Source of the DNA: Octopus vulgaris
Lineage: Eukaryota
DNA: 64,000 nucleotides
NCBI GenBank assembly: GCA_951406725.2
Contig: OX597820.1
Coordinates: 51,956,001-52,020,000, forward strand
Direction of reading: 5' to 3'
This document shows, piece by piece, positions 1-13,542 of the stretch (its first letter is position 1; the number at the start of each line of letters is the position of its first letter). The translations under genes and the position numbers were made by a program. The notes beneath the pieces are model-generated. The model was not told the origin of the DNA. It saw nothing but the letters and a program-made list of their open reading frames with translations, and did not search any database.

Positions 1-2206
1 GTGTTTGTGTGATGTGTAGTATTTTGATGTGTTTGGGTGGTGTAGTGCGTGGATGATTGCTATTTTTAAAGTCATCTTCACAAATGTTTGTGTATCCTGT
101 GATGTACTCCATTAGTTTGGAGTCTTTTGTGTCTATCGCTGATAGCATTGTTTTTGTGGTGTTGGTGCTTGTTTTGTTGTGTATGGAGTTTTCAGGGTTC
201 AGGTATCTCCCTGCTTTGGTTGCGATTTCTTGTTTGGTTTTTCTTGATCTTTTTATTTTACCCCCTGTGGCTATTTGCCATTCTGTCGAACTTTCATCGT
301 TAGATGAAAAGTCTGACGAATCAGCAGGGGGCAAGGGTAAAGCGTCTGGGTGTGTTTGTGCGGTTGTAGATATTGTTGTGGTGCGCGGGGAGGGTGTTGC
401 TGGGGGGTTTGTTGTGGTTATTGTCTCTCCTACATCCTTGGTGCTTGTCTTCTTCGTTGTTATTCTTGGTGTTGGAATTGGTTTATTTGTTGTTGGTGGT
501 GATGATTCTGTTCTTGGCGCTGGTGTTGGTGTTGTTTGGTTGGGTTGGCTTGTTCTTTGTTGTTTTTCCTGCATTTCCTCATACAGCTTCTTGACTAGCT
601 GTCCATATTGTGGTGTGGGCAATAATCCTGGCTTTTGTGATTTTTCCTGTGGCTGTTGTTGTTGTTGTAATTTTGCGGCAGATTTGCACTCCTTTTTGAG
701 GTGTGCCTCACTGCCACATGTATAGCATCGTGGCCTTCTGCCCTCGACTACTACGTATAACTTGCGGCCATCCTCAAGATGTACGTGGGTGGGGATTTTA
801 TTTATGTCCTCTTGACTTATGTGGAAGAGGAACTCTATTCTCTTTCCCAGCCAGTCCTTGTTTTCCGAAACACCGATATCTAGGATGTTTATGTCCTCCA
901 TTTCGGATGTTAAGGCGGATGTAATCCACAGTGTTGTAGTCACTTGGGGGACACCACTGATAATGACTTTCGTCACCTTCTGGCCGAGGTAACTCGGTGT
1001 CAACGTTAGTTCATCAGAATGAAGGGTTATCGTTGAGAATTTCTTCGCCAACTCTTCATTCTGAAAAACCACCTGTACGTGTGCGAACTTGTTCGCCCAA
1101 GTCACACAATCCTTGTATCCCCAGATGGGGCGTAAGCACTTTTCGACTTTGTCTGTGCTTGCCTTTTCTGGACTTTTTGTTTTTTTATTTGTGATTTTAT
1201 ATACAATTGTCTTTTTTTTCTCCTCATTCAGTATGTGCTGAGGTATGTGTAAGAGTATTTTTCCGTTTTGATTTGTAATAAGGTTTCTGCAATCTTTAAT
1301 CTGTTGTGTAGTAAACGAAACTTTTGTTACCTGTTCTTTTATCGCCTCGGCGAAGTTTGTTGTTGTTTTGTTATTGTTGTTACTGCCGGTGGTGTTGGTG
1401 TTGATGGCAGGGGTGTGGGTTGTAGGTTTGTGGTTGCTGATTATGCAACTAGCAAGGGGTGGAAAATTGCCTGCGTAATTTAGTCCTGCATTAGCGCAAA
1501 TTTCGGCATTTCGTTTGCTTGTCGTCGTTATTTTTTCACTTGTTGGTGATGGAGTGAGCAGTGGTTGAAGGGAATTGTTGTTGTCGTCGTCGTCGTTGTT
1601 GTTGTTATTGTTGTTGTTGTTGTTGTTGTTGTTGTTATTGTCGTTCTTGGTGACGGCGGTGGTGTTAGTAGTATTAGTAGCATTGACGGCACGGTCTTTG
1701 GTGGCGGTGATGTTGGTATTGTTATTGGTGGCGACGTCTTTAGTAGGGATAGCAGTTTTAGTAGCAGATTCTGCCATGGTGTTGTTGTCGGTGTTGGTGG
1801 TGGTGGTGGACTCACTGATGGTGTTGACGGTGCTTGGCCTTGCGACCTTTGTTTTGTATTTGTTGCTGTTGTCGATGTTGATGGTGGCGGAATTGTCAGG
1901 TTCAGCGTAAGGTAACAGAGCATCCTGTTTTTCTGCCTCTGCGTCACGCTTGACTTGCACCTCAGCCTCGTGGTGACCAGTGGCCATTTTGGAAATAAAA
2001 TGGCTAAATGAAACCACGAAGGCTATGAGAATTTTTTCTTTTAAATTTTGCCCACAAGGGGCAAAATTTTGTGTAGATATTAATCAAGGTTTGCAGTGGA
2101 TGTTGTTGCACAACTTTTAAACACAAAATATTTCACAATAAACAATTTTCAACGTACAAAATGACCAACTTACGTGGAGCCCATTTGACTAGCGTCCGTC
2201 CATGTC
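1..2206 (-). mobile_element. 5' portion of a young L1/Tx1-like non-LTR retrotransposon (5' UTR plus ORF1)
   Basis: Intact ORF1 plus about 220 nt of leader that ends abruptly at a GA/GATA/TAGG microsatellite. Confidence 0.75.
2..1987 (-). CDS. ORF1 (gag-like; RRM-like region plus CCHC zinc knuckle) of an L1/Tx1-clade LINE, open past the left edge
   Basis: ATG at 1987 (MATGHHEAEV...). Manual translation shows no stop down to base 2 (about 662 codons). It contains KVIISGVPQ...IPTHVHLEDGRKLYVVVEGRRPR-CYTCGSEAHLKKEC (C-x2-C-x4-H-x4-C, first Cys codon at 727-725). It is absent from the ORF track, probably because no stop falls inside the window. Confidence 0.85.
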   Translation of the reverse strand, partial: MATGHHEAEVQVKRDAEAEKQDALLPYAEPDNSATINIDNSNKYKTKVARPSTVNTISESTTTTNTDNNTMAESATKTAIPTKDVATNNNTNITATKDRAVNATNTTNTTAVTKNDNNNNNNNNNNNNNNNDDDDNNNSLQPLLTPSPTSEKITTTSKRNAEICANAGLNYAGNFPPLASCIISNHKPTTHTPAINTNTTGSNNNNKTTTNFAEAIKEQVTKVSFTTQQIKDCRNLITNQNGKILLHIPQHILNEEKKKTIVYKITNKKTKSPEKASTDKVEKCLRPIWGYKDCVTWANKFAHVQVVFQNEELAKKFSTITLHSDELTLTPSYLGQKVTKVIISGVPQVTTTLWITSALTSEMEDINILDIGVSENKDWLGKRIEFLFHISQEDINKIPTHVHLEDGRKLYVVVEGRRPRCYTCGSEAHLKKECKSAAKLQQQQQPQEKSQKPGLLPTPQYGQLVKKLYEEMQEKQQRTSQPNQTTPTPAPRTESSPPTTNKPIPTPRITTKKTSTKDVGETITTTNPPATPSPRTTTISTTAQTHPDALPLPPADSSDFSSNDESSTEWQIATGGKIKRSRKTKQEIATKAGRYLNPENSIHNKTSTNTTKTMLSAIDTKDSKLMEYITGYTNICEDDFKNSNHPRTTPPKHIKILHITQT

Positions 2207-2350
2207 GAGAGAGATAGATAGATAGATGGAATGACGGATAGCGGTAGGTAGATAACTCGGGTAGGTAGGTAGGTAGGTAGGTAGATAGGTAGGTAGGTAG
2301 GTAGGTAGGTTAGTAGGTTGGTAGTTGCGTATGTAGGTGTGTAGGTAGGG
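2207..2350. repeat. Compound (GA)/(GATA)/(TAGG)n microsatellite
   Basis: Direct reading. Confidence 0.9.
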
Positions 2351-2879
2351 TGAGAATTACATTTACTAGCTTACCGGTGGCTATGTAGGTATTAAATAAC
2401 TAAAAAATGACATTCTTGTCTGATATTCAATTCTGGTGTGTCTTTCAATGGCTAACTTAGTATAGATTGCTCGCGATTTATATAAAACTAAACAACTATG
2501 ATTGTAAATCCCAAGAACGCATCTGGATATCTGCCAAACACTAATGTGGTCCATATATACAATGCAAATATAATGTCCAAGTAGTTGATTATAAATCATC
2601 GGCTAGCTACACCCACCTTGGTGTACCTAATGTCTTACATTTTTCACGATATTAAATGGTATGTAATATGTAAAGAGCAGAGAATGAATTCCAGACGAGG
2701 AACACTTCATGCTATAATAATGTCACGTAAACAAATAAGGGATCTAGACAGAGATTTCCTAATCATGTCTCACGTACACAAATTTCACAAACATCACTCA
2801 AACATAGAATGACGCCAGGATATGAGACAGAATTAGAAATCATTAAACTGAAATCTAATAGTAAATAGAATATTAAGGG

Positions 2880-3720
2880 ATAAATGAAAGTACCTTATAT
2901 CTCGAGACCAACTTTACAACCGTTTTCAAATTAATCGCCTGAGATTCTGCTTCATCTTTCGACTTGCAAGTTTAGACCACGCAGCCTTAAAAACAAGGAA
3001 GAACCCATCAGATATCTTAATCCAAAATGCAGGAAAATGATGACTTGGGCATTATTTGAAGACTTTGATTCATATTTTTGTATATGAAGCCGGTATTGGG
3101 TTTGATAAAACGCACTGTATTAATTAATATTTCAGGAGGTTTTTGCTGCACAATTATATCATATTTCAAAAGAGTTAAGAAGGATAAAATAGAGTAATGA
3201 AAAAACATTCTTTGCAATAGAAAATAACATCAATAACACAGAAATGCACACATACTCACGCACGCGTCCTCAGTCATACTTCAACAAACAATAGGCTACA
3301 TGGCAATATCCACTACTACTAGTTATCAGAATTGCATCGTAAATAACACTTCATCTCACAAACGTCTCAGCAGTAATCTAGTCATAAAGAAAACTTCTTT
3401 TTTATTTATTTAAATGCTTAAACTAACGTAGAAACTTGCCTGCAAGAACTCTATCATCAAGAGTTCACTGAAATCAAAGATAATATAATCACCATGTGAG
3501 ATTCTGCAATGAATAAACAATATAAATTAGTTGCAAAATCATATATCTAGGAAACACATACAACACTATGTAATGCAGATACTGCAACATTTACTGAACT
3601 ACAATAATAAATCTAATAAAAAAAAAAAGCAAACAAAAATCTCTAAAATGCAGCGAAAGATAATTCGTAGCGTATCTGTCAAAATTCCCTATTATAGCTT
3701 AGAAGAAAAATGAAACTCAG
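2880..3720 (+). mobile_element. Possible highly decayed Penelope-like remnant
   Basis: YLGNTYNTM*CRY near 3543 resembles the GIY-YIG YIG-T-x-R motif. Many stops; weak. Confidence 0.22.
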
Positions 3721-4299
3721 CATAAATAAACCAAAGTAAAGTATAAAGGCTAAATTACGATCACACGAAAAGATCAATCTCTTAACCTTTCAAAAAATCA
3801 CAAGACAGATATTAAAACACTATGAAAAGTAATTAGCAATGACAATAACTTATACAGTACTTACACAATATCGTACATCACATTAATCACACTCCCAACA
3901 TCTCATCAACTTTTTACATCAAATCACTCACCAAACACCAAGTACGGAAGAGAAATTCAAATGCGCATTTTCCCTTTGACAATCTCCTTAAATCCTTCGT
4001 TCATAAAATAAGGGAAATATAATTAATATTAACCACGTCACTTTCAGCAAAATCCCAGTAACTTTAAAATTTAGATCACGTTATCTATTATGCATACAAA
4101 ACATATCTGAAAGGTGATTAACTTCAGAGTCATCATATTTGAGGAATTACATCATTAACAATGATCAAAAATAGAGAAGACTATTTGAGTGATTGGTCCA
4201 CTTACGCACACACAAACAAACAAACAAATATATAATGCTTGGTTTATGTATGCATATATATTATGCACCTGGTTCTCATAAACTTACTTCGACAAATAT

Positions 4300-4515
4300 A
4301 TTTTGGTTTCAAATTATGGCACAAGGCCAGCATTTGAGAGGGAAAGCGCAAGTCTATTACATCGACAATAGGGCTTTACTGGCACTTATATTATCGACAC
4401 CGGCAAAGAGGAAAGATAAAGACAGCCTCGACAGAAATTGAATTCAGAACATAAAAAATGACAAGGTGCCGCTCAGCATTTTGCCCATCATAGTAACGCG
4501 TTTACCAGCTGGTTG
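4300..4515 (-). mobile_element. Degenerate tRNA-derived SINE (MetaSINE-like family)
   Basis: Reverse complement resembles the better preserved copy at 30538-30765. Confidence 0.65.
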
Positions 4516-4663
4516 CATCCGACAGCCAAATATTAATTGAAATATTAGCGCGTAAAGTGAAGATATAAAGAGTAACAGTACTAGACGGTAACGTTCCTTT
4601 TTTCTATGCCTCTATAATATGTATGTTCTATAAAGCCAAAGAGGGAGTGATTCGATCTCTTAC

Positions 4664-4702
4664 TCATAATATTTCGGACACAGGATATGTGTCATTAACC
4701 AG
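4664..4702 (-). CDS. Candidate last coding exon of the kinase-like gene (LVNDTYPVSEIL*)
   Basis: Acceptor tattttccag; 13 codons in phase 0 ending in TGA, followed by gtaaga. Phase matches the 4915-5010 exon. Confidence 0.4.
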   Translation of the reverse strand: MVNDTYPVSEIL

Positions 4703-4914
4703 CTGGAAAATACGCTTTCCTGTGGTAAGAATGTAGGAACATAGTTCTTTGTATAACAGTGATGTTTTAGTGGCGAAAAAAACAACGTTACCAAATTTAA
4801 TTATTGTTTAGCCAATATTGAATTATTGGCGACTAATTCAAACATTCGTTGTTAGAATACTGTGTTATGCATAAAAGTTTTAAGGATAAAAACTGATGAG
4901 CTTTTCCTTATTAC

Positions 4915-5010
4915 CTGGAAAGGGGATAGACGTCCCCAAATTGACTCACTATTGAAAAAACGACATACTGAGTCTATCACAGAAGATCGGACGGAACGCA
5001 TTGGCTTAAA
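4915..5010 (-). CDS. Candidate exon, kinase C-lobe alphaH-alphaI-like (FKPMRSVRSSVIDSVCRFFNSESIWGRLSPFQ)
   Basis: Acceptor ttattttaag, donor CAG|gtaata; 96 nt, open, phase 0/0. Resembles the CMGC pattern AID-x-SRLL...R-L-S/T-P-x-E/Q. Confidence 0.6.
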
Positions 5011-6539
5011 CTTAAAATAAAAATTGAAAGAATGAGGAAGTTCCTGCACATTCATGTTCCCACTTGTCTATGATTCTGGATAGGTGGGAATGTATAATTC
5101 TCATAAAAATGAAAATATATATCATGCATAGCCTTGTCAATAAAGACATATGACGTTCAGAATAATCCTTTCCCAGTGTAGCAAGTAGCTAATTTAAAGG
5201 AGAATAGATTACTCTGTAAATCACGTTTATGGAAATGACAAATGAGATGGATGTAGTTGGTTATAAATATAATTATAAAGAAACTATATGTTATGAATAT
5301 TTCCCTGACGTGTGCAGTATCTGCTCATAATATTGCAACATTCCTTTAAGCATTTCTCTAATGCTTATTTTATGAGCAAAAACAAAAAGATTCTTAGAAA
5401 CATAACAGAGAAGAGAAAATTCATCAGAGGATGTTTCGCACATATAAAGAGCATGGTGAAATGTTAAAATTGTAACCCCAATAAAATAGGTTGCGCTATT
5501 AATATTCTTATTCTCGGAGATTCTTCCCCCCCGAACAGGTCACATGCAACAATAGAAGAGATCAGATTTTGTTCTAAGAGAAAGATTTCTCAAATAATAT
5601 TTTTAAATGGCAAATCCACTAGCATCTGATTCAGTCTTTTTCAAAGGAGATATCTCACAGTTTTGATGTCCGTCAATATTTGGAAATAAACGTCAGATAT
5701 CTGTGGTCGTTATAGATTAGGGTCATTAACATGTGTAATCTACACGTGGAAAAGTTTCTGAAGATTTCCTCGAGTATTGAACGACGGTAAGAAGTGACGA
5801 AAGAAAAGCAAAGAGAGTATCTGGAATAGAAGTTAAACATCAGTATACAAGGAGATGCAAAAATTCGTATGCTGCTAGAAAATTCTAAGAGAACAATGCA
5901 ATTTATCACCATTAATATTACTGGATGCAGAAGATCACAGACATAAAATACATAACAGAGAAAAATAACAATGACATTAATCAGAAATGACAGATAGAGC
6001 TAGGATGTATAGGGAACCGTGTGACTAATATGTTCGGTTTTATTTTTCATTAGAAAATTTATTTGGTTTATGGTTGGAAGCGTGTAGAAACATCCATCTT
6101 TTGTTTAGCCACAAGGGAACAACTTACTACAAGTTTACAAGCAAGAAATCGAAAGCATATAAAAAAATAATAAATTTGGAAATTAAATGAAGTGAAATAC
6201 AATGTCAATAATAAATCCATACCAATAAATTTGGATTATTGGTGGGTATTAACCACAAATATGAGAGAAAGGTGAAAGAGAATTGAAATGAGAATATTTT
6301 TGCGAATACAGAATGTGTTTCCATTGCAATTTGAATATTTGATATACTATTTATTTATTCGTGCAGATCCTGTTATTTTCAAGTTTATATATTTCTTTGA
6401 AATATAATTTTCTCTTTAATAAAAAGAATAAAATACTATGAAAATAACTTTTATTCTGTTACTTCTAATACAACAAACTAATATGTTTCTTTAAATGTAA
6501 ATTCATTTATTCAGAGGAAAAAAAAAAGAACTGTTTTAC

Positions 6540-8300
6540 ATCAGTTGTATAATCATGCAGATATATACACACGTTTCTGTTTGAAATGTTTGTCTTCTAG
6601 TGGTTGCAATTAGTATGTATATTTTCACTATTCCACGGTGATGAATGTAAAGTATTTGTTGACCCTCATGTTTCTCACAATCATATTTTCTGCACACTGT
6701 GTCGTAAAACTTAATAAAGTATCGACGTACGTCAATGCTGACAGGTAACAAATGCAACAATTATACGCAGAGAAACTACACAAAGCAGTTATTCATAGAC
6801 GATCTATATGTCACTGCATTTCAACGAAATGTTCACGTTGGATGGGAAAATGACATCCATAGAAAGATATCTTTGTTCCATCATTAGGTTTAGTGTTCTG
6901 GGAGACCTTCGTTTGGATATATCTTAATATTCCTTGTCGTGGAAGCTGTCAATATCCTGAATATTAGGTAAACCATTTTAAATATTTATTCCATAGTGGT
7001 TCTTCTAACAAATTCCATGGGCATATTGATATATCTGTAAACATCCGGCTGCAACATCACTTATTTGGAAATCTTATCATCACACGTGTGATATCTTCCT
7101 TAGGTGTGTAATATAGAAATTTTCAGTAGCATTTTCGTGATTTATGTTTTCCATTGTTATCATGTTAAACATGTTTTCGTGGATACCTCAAGTTCTTAAG
7201 TAGTAAATATATAAGCCTCACTCTTCCATCCATATGACGTATTTTCTTTTGATATTTGCAGTATTTTCATGTTATCTGTATACAAGCCTTTATACAAATA
7301 CTTCTTTGGAAATCAAGTGATTCTCTAGGATTTGTGAAAGAATTTATACTCAGTATGGAATATTTTGTCTTCTCCAGTTTGAGCTTCCAAAATCTATCAA
7401 GTTACTATTGCAATCCCGGACCGTCGTTATATTGACAAGGCTAATGTGCTTTTGGAATAGTTAGAATACATTCAAGTAGGTGTTAGAATATAGTTAGTTA
7501 AAGAACTTCAGCGGTTTTGAAAAGATTTATTTGTAGTAATTAGAGTGGAGATTGGATATTTTGGACACAATAAAATGTGGTGCCGCGAGGCCACTAAGTG
7601 TACAGGCAAGGAAGTGAGTGTAATGGTGAAAAAATAGTCTGAGGTGGAAGAAAGGAGTTCTATGGTTCACATTTTTTAATGCAATGATAAATATCGTCTT
7701 GTTTATCGGTCGCCTGGTTGTTTGTTTACGAATCTGTTCCTTCAAGGCTTGTTCGTAGGTTATCTATTAGTGATTTTATTTCAAATGGATTCTATCTTTC
7801 CTTCTTTGTCTGCAACCCGAGATAGTTGATTATTGTGGAAGTATATATCTGATGATCGTACTTTTCTGGTTTTGATATCAATGGAGTCCATTTCCTATAT
7901 CTCTTATTTAATGCCCGATATGCTAGCACCAGTATTAGTGTTTTAAATAGCATGCCGTATTATCATTTCTTACCTTATCTTTTTGTATGTATTTCCTTAA
8001 TGACAACCGGTACATTTGAAATGACTGAGTTTACTTAAACCAGCGCAATGACTTTGCGCGTCTTAGTCCAACAAAAAATATCGGTCGCTCACTTAGTACA
8101 ACATTTTCTTGCTTCTTCGTGCTTTACTCATTTCTGATTGCGATTCTCTGGCATCATTGCAAATTTCCAATCTTTATTTGTAACGACATTTATATTTATA
8201 TCTTGGATATTTGATGGAAAAGGTGATATTTTTAATAACAAGAAGACAATATAGATAGAAAATCTTATTTTTATCCTATTTCGTTATTTAATAACTATAT
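6540..8300 (-). mobile_element. Decayed BEL/Pao-like LTR retrotransposon pol fragment
   Basis: Ordered remnants in broken frames: RFWKL (about 7390), DGR (about 7225), FLW (about 6860), YVD (about 6725). This matches BEL/Pao RT motif order. Boundaries are approximate. Confidence 0.35.
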
Positions 8301-9999
8301 GTCTTGTCATATGACAAGAAATGGCTGAAGTAGTAGTGCTGAATGCAAATGTCTTCAAGTGTATTGAATATCTGTTTTCAAGATGCCCCCTGTTTTTTTT
8401 TTATGACAGGTGGGATAACTTTTACCACTTTGTCTTAGGATTTAATATAACAACACAATATTCTGAGTGGTCTTTCCCTTTCAGTTACACAACGATAAGG
8501 TATCGGTGAATCAAAGGTCGTGTTGTGTTTCTGTTTTTCATAGAGGTAAATATCTAGTGCGTATAGATATATTACACAGTCAGTAATTTGAAGCAGGTGA
8601 CACAATTCATTTACATTTTAATCAAACTTATTCAAACGAACAGGCATTTATGTTGTTCCTTATTTTCATTTGTTCTTTCAAGATATTAATTTTGTCTAAT
8701 TTTGCATGCTTTCCACAAGTAATATTTAACAGAAATTTTTCAGTGTTTATTTTAAGAGGATTTGATTTAATTCTTTGTTTTCTTCTACCGTTTAACTTTT
8801 TTTTTCTATTCCCTCTGTTTGATTATTAACAAACAACATTTGCAGAACACTTTTTAGTGACTCTGTTTCATTTATTGAAATGTTTGTTTGTTTCATTTAT
8901 TGAAATGTTTGTTCGTTTCATTTATTACACTTACATATCCTTTGTTGTACATTTACCTTCCGCTTCACATTTCTTGATGCATTTCTCAGGTCGTTTAAGT
9001 GTCAAGTGGACTGCATATATAAAACTAAATAATTCTAGTCATCTGCTTCAAAGAATATTGTCCCAAAAACTATCCTTTTGAAACTACTACAAGCATTTAA
9101 GTTTAACTATACATTTTGACAAATTTATTCACATGCAATGAAGTAAACCGGAAAACAAATATATGAATATTTGTGTTATACTTGTATGCGTACCTTTCCA
9201 TGTATATTTATCTCCCCTACCTTCCTAAATACTCATCGTATATTCCTCACCAATGTTATGATTGTGTCTATCCGTATCAGCTCAACATCCTTCAACACTC
9301 CAAGCAATCTATATTATTCAACCGCATTTATTGATGCGACCACGTTATTATCTGGAAGGAAGATTTCACCTCACTTGTTTTACCACAATAACCTGTATCA
9401 CGAATCCTCGGAAATATATTTAATAGTTTACATGAAAGAATAAACATTATTTTCACGAGTTGTGTGAGGTTTAGTATTTCTTCTAAGAATTATTGATTCA
9501 TTCCTTGATTTTGTTTGTATTTACATAATATGAATGAAAAGGATCAAATGAATAACAAATGCATTGTGAGCAATGAGTCGCTTTAGAATGGAAACACTTC
9601 TTTTAAGTAAATGTAAATAACTGTTACTTAATTATTTATATATCGCTATTTTCCAAACCCTCATGCTCCCAAATTTGTTGCATTATAGTTTATAGATATT
9701 ATTAAGTATTATAAGCTGTTTGAAGCAGACATTCTACTCCCTGTAGTATTCCTTATCGTTGTGGCCGGTGATATTGTTCTTGTTTGTATATTTGCCTTTG
9801 CTTGCTGCTTTCGATGCTATTATTTACCTCCTCTCATCAAACTCAACTATTCATGAGCACGTTCTAACCGTAAATATCGCTTCAGAAAAATTATCTGAAA
9901 GACTCACAAGGCAAACGTGCACTTGCTTCAAAATACAGAAAATCACAGAACCTGAATAATTACGGATACATCCTTACAACCAACAATATAAAACCTTTT

Positions 10000-11250
10000 T
10001 ATTTCTGTTATTCCGGATAGCAACCATAGTCTTCTTGACAAAAACAAGCTATTTCCAGCAGATGAGAAGAATTGACAGCGCACGCAACGGCCAATGCCTT
10101 ACTATAAATCAATACCACGAGACCTCAAACCGAAAAAATATCTCTCAAAACCAGGGATCAGCTACAGGTTATACACTTAAAAGTGAGTTACACCTGTACA
10201 TAGAGGAGAGCTTCCTAATCAATAATGTGCCCAGTACTGGTGATAGTCTTCACTTAGGACTTGAAGACCTAGAAGACTACACTGAAACTTTCCCTTAATA
10301 ATAGATGATTGACATCGACACCAATAAACATAAGAAGCCGTATCGTGCGGAAGAACGCCCTAAAACGACTTCTCTCACGCATTGCACTAGTAATTCTCGC
10401 CAATATGATGAACAAGAGGAGCAACAAATAAGAAATAGTATCACCTTTACTACATTTGCCCATTTAACTTCTTAAAACGTTTCCGAGAGAAGACATTCAG
10501 TTTTAAGTTATTCACATCATCGTTCAGATTTTCAGCAACGACCTCAGAATGGACTTCGGGATAGATAAGTGCGCTAAATCGCCATTTAGGAGTGGAAATC
10601 ATCACGCGACTGAAAATCAAGGTGACCCTAATGATGACGCTATGATCAAGGAGCAATACCAAAATGCTATATATATAACTACCTGGACTTGAACAAAAGA
10701 TTATATGCACTGTACTCGACCGTTATGGAGAAGAACAGTATACTGTACTGAAGGAAAATGGATATGGTTTTCAATTAAACTGAATACAACTAACCGTTAT
10801 ACATTCACACCTTAAGCGCAATTCGTAGTGACTACAGATCCAACATCATTAATTAAAAACCGAATAAAATCAAAAGAAGATAGTATACAATAAGGAAATT
10901 AAGTTCTCAATCACAGAGGAAATATATCACCCGAAAGCAAATATCGACAGGCATGAGATTTGGAGGGATAAAGGGGAGAGGAGGAAGTGGACAAAGAGGA
11001 ACGGTAGTGTACTTCAAATCCTTTACGACTTCCTCTTGCAGATTAGATCCGAACTCATCAAAAACAGAAATCCATCGGAGATAAACACAATCAGAGAAAC
11101 GTGATCAGGAAAGAAGCATGGTATTTCGAGAAATATTTGATTTTCAGAAAACTCACCAGCCAAAATTGAGCCGACATCAATTTACACAAAATAGATAAGA
11201 GTGTAGCAAAACTGAATAGCTTCAACTGTAAGAAAAGCTATTAATTTATT
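10000..11250 (+). mobile_element. Old, degenerate R4/Dong-like LINE RT fragment
   Basis: FSNDLRMDFGIDKCAK at about 10530-10578 matches FTKEIDMKFGLEKCAK of the young copy; YNYLDL follows. Many stops. Confidence 0.55.
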
Positions 11251-11281
11251 AATATTATTTTGGGTGTTTGGGGGAAATTTC

Positions 11282-11282
<1 letters not shown>

Positions 11283-11343
<61 letters not shown>
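11283..11343 (+). repeat. (AAT)n array, 5' flank of the Dong-like element
   Basis: Direct reading. Confidence 0.95.
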
Positions 11344-11347
<4 letters not shown>

Positions 11348-13358
11348 GCAACTGGACGAAAACAAACTGTTCCCAGAAGAGCAGAAAAGGATGCCGCAAA
11401 GGCTCATATGGCTGTAAAGATCAACTAATGATTAATAAAGCCATAACTGAAGACAGCCACAGAAAGAAGAAAGGCCTCAGTATGGCCTGGATTGACTACA
11501 AAAAGGCGTTTGATAGCATCCCCCACACATGGATCCTCGAAACACTAGCCATTAACAAAGTAGCACCAACAATCATAAAATTCATAGAGCACTCTATGAA
11601 TAAATGGCAAACAGTCCTACACCTCCAAACAAAAGAGGGACTCATGAAAACCAAAGACATCCCCATTAGAAGAGGAATATTCCAGGGAGACACGCTCTTT
11701 CCACTCCTTTTCTGTTGGCACTGTCACCTCTATCTGATATGCTAAATAGAACTGGATGCGGATATAAATGTTACGGCAAAACGATCAGCCACCTTTTATA
11801 TATGGATGACCTAAAACTATACGCTGCAAATGACAAACAGCTGGAAACACTATTAAAGACAGTTCATGGATTTACCAAAGAAATAGATATGAAATTTGGA
11901 TTAGAAAAATGCGCCAAAGTAACCATGAAAAGAGGAAAACTAGTTAAGAGTAACAACATCACACTAGATGAAGCAAATGAAATAAAAGAATTAGACCAAA
12001 GCCAAACTTACAAATACTTAGGAATCCATGAACTAGATAAGACACAACACACACAAATGAAAGAGAAAATAAAAAAAGAATATTATAGACGAGTTAGATC
12101 AATACTAAACGCAGAGCTCAATGCTAAAAACAAGATAATAGGTATCAACACTTTAGCTGTCCCAGTTATAAGTTACAGCTACAATATCCTTAACTGGACA
12201 CGAAATGAACTGACCAAAATAGACAGGAAAACAAGAAAAATAATGACAGGATCTAGGATGCATCACCCAAAATCTGATATAGAAAGACTATATATACAAC
12301 GTATAGAAGGTGGTAGAGGCCTTATACAGCTGGAAAACTACTATAAAATAACCACCATAGGACTGCAAAAATATCTACTTCAGAAGGAAGGAAAACTGAT
12401 CCAGATAGCGGCAAAACACGAGCATAACAAAAAACTGTTCTCAGTATTTAAGGAAGCTGACAAATACAAACAAGAAATCATACCACCTAATAAACATGAA
12501 GAAGAAGACGAAGATGAAGAAACAACAAAAGCTATAAAAAAAATGAAATCCAAACTAAAAATAGAACAGCAACGAACCATGATAAAACGATGGCAAGAAA
12601 AGCCCCTTCATGGTAAATACTGGACTAAACTAAACGCAAAAGAAATAACCAAGAAAAATCCCAGCAATGGTTGAGAAGCTCAGGACTCAAAGCAGAAACA
12701 GAGGGATTTTTAATTGCAGCACAAGACCAAAGCCTCCCCACCAGAAATTACCAAAGACATGTAATGAAAAGAAATATTACAAGTAACTGCAGAATATGTG
12801 GAGATGGACAAGAAACAATAAATTATATTATCTCTAGCTGCCCAGTCCTGGCTAAGAAGGAATATATTCGCAGACATGACAGAGTTGGAACTTACATACA
12901 TTGGAAGCTATGCCAACATTATGGAATAACAACAGAAAAAAGATGGTATAGGCACACACCAGAAAAGGTCACAGAAAACGAGAAAGCAACCATACTCTGG
13001 GATATGCCGATACACACAGATAGAGAAATTAAGGCCAACAGACCAGATATAGTTGTCAGAGACCATGAAGAAAAAAAAATGCTTTCTAATTGATGTATCA
13101 GTACCGGCAGATGACAACGTGTCTCTAAAAGAAATGGAGAAACTCTCAAAATACAAAGACCTGGAAATAGAGGTAACTAGAATGTGGAATCTGAAAACAG
13201 AAGCAATTCCTATCATAGTAGGTGCATTAGGCATGATAAAAAAATATTCAGACAAATACATAACAAAAACACCAGGACTTACAAACACATATAACATACA
13301 GAAAATTGCACTACTAGGCACTGCACACATCCTACGCAGAACACTTTCTATACAATAA
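11344..13358 (+). pseudogene. Frameshifted RT-RLE polyprotein of the Dong-like element
   Basis: Split across track ORFs 11260-11745, 11715-12674, 12671-13093 and 13053-13358. Frameshifts fall near the start, about 11715, about 12650 and about 13075. Confidence 0.88.
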
Positions 13359-13461
13359 CCATCAGAGCATCACAACAAATCACAGCACATACCCAAGGCA
13401 CACAGAGCTGCGCTCGGTAGTGAAGTGAAAGCACGCTATAAAAATAAAAATAAAACTACTG
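11344..13461 (+). mobile_element. 5'-truncated R4/Dong-like non-LTR retrotransposon (RT, zinc knuckle, restriction-like endonuclease) in (AAT)n
   Basis: Motifs DYKKAFDSIPH, RGIFQGD, HLLYMDDLKL, YKYLG, GGRGL, CRIC-x8-Y-x4-C, RHD and RPDIV...IDV, then a short 3' UTR. Flanked by AAT repeats on both sides. Confidence 0.93.
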
Positions 13462-13493
13462 AATAATAATAATAATAATAATGATGATGACGT

Positions 13494-13542
<49 letters not shown>

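Noticed and set aside
57-1947. Track ORFs 57-725, 1565-1915, 1528-1947 and neighbours
   Set aside because: Antisense or off-frame shadows of the LINE ORF1.
4893-4900. Stray CTGATGA heptamers (e.g. about 4893, 31666, 53371)
   Set aside because: No stem II/GAAA/stem I arrangement; expected by chance.
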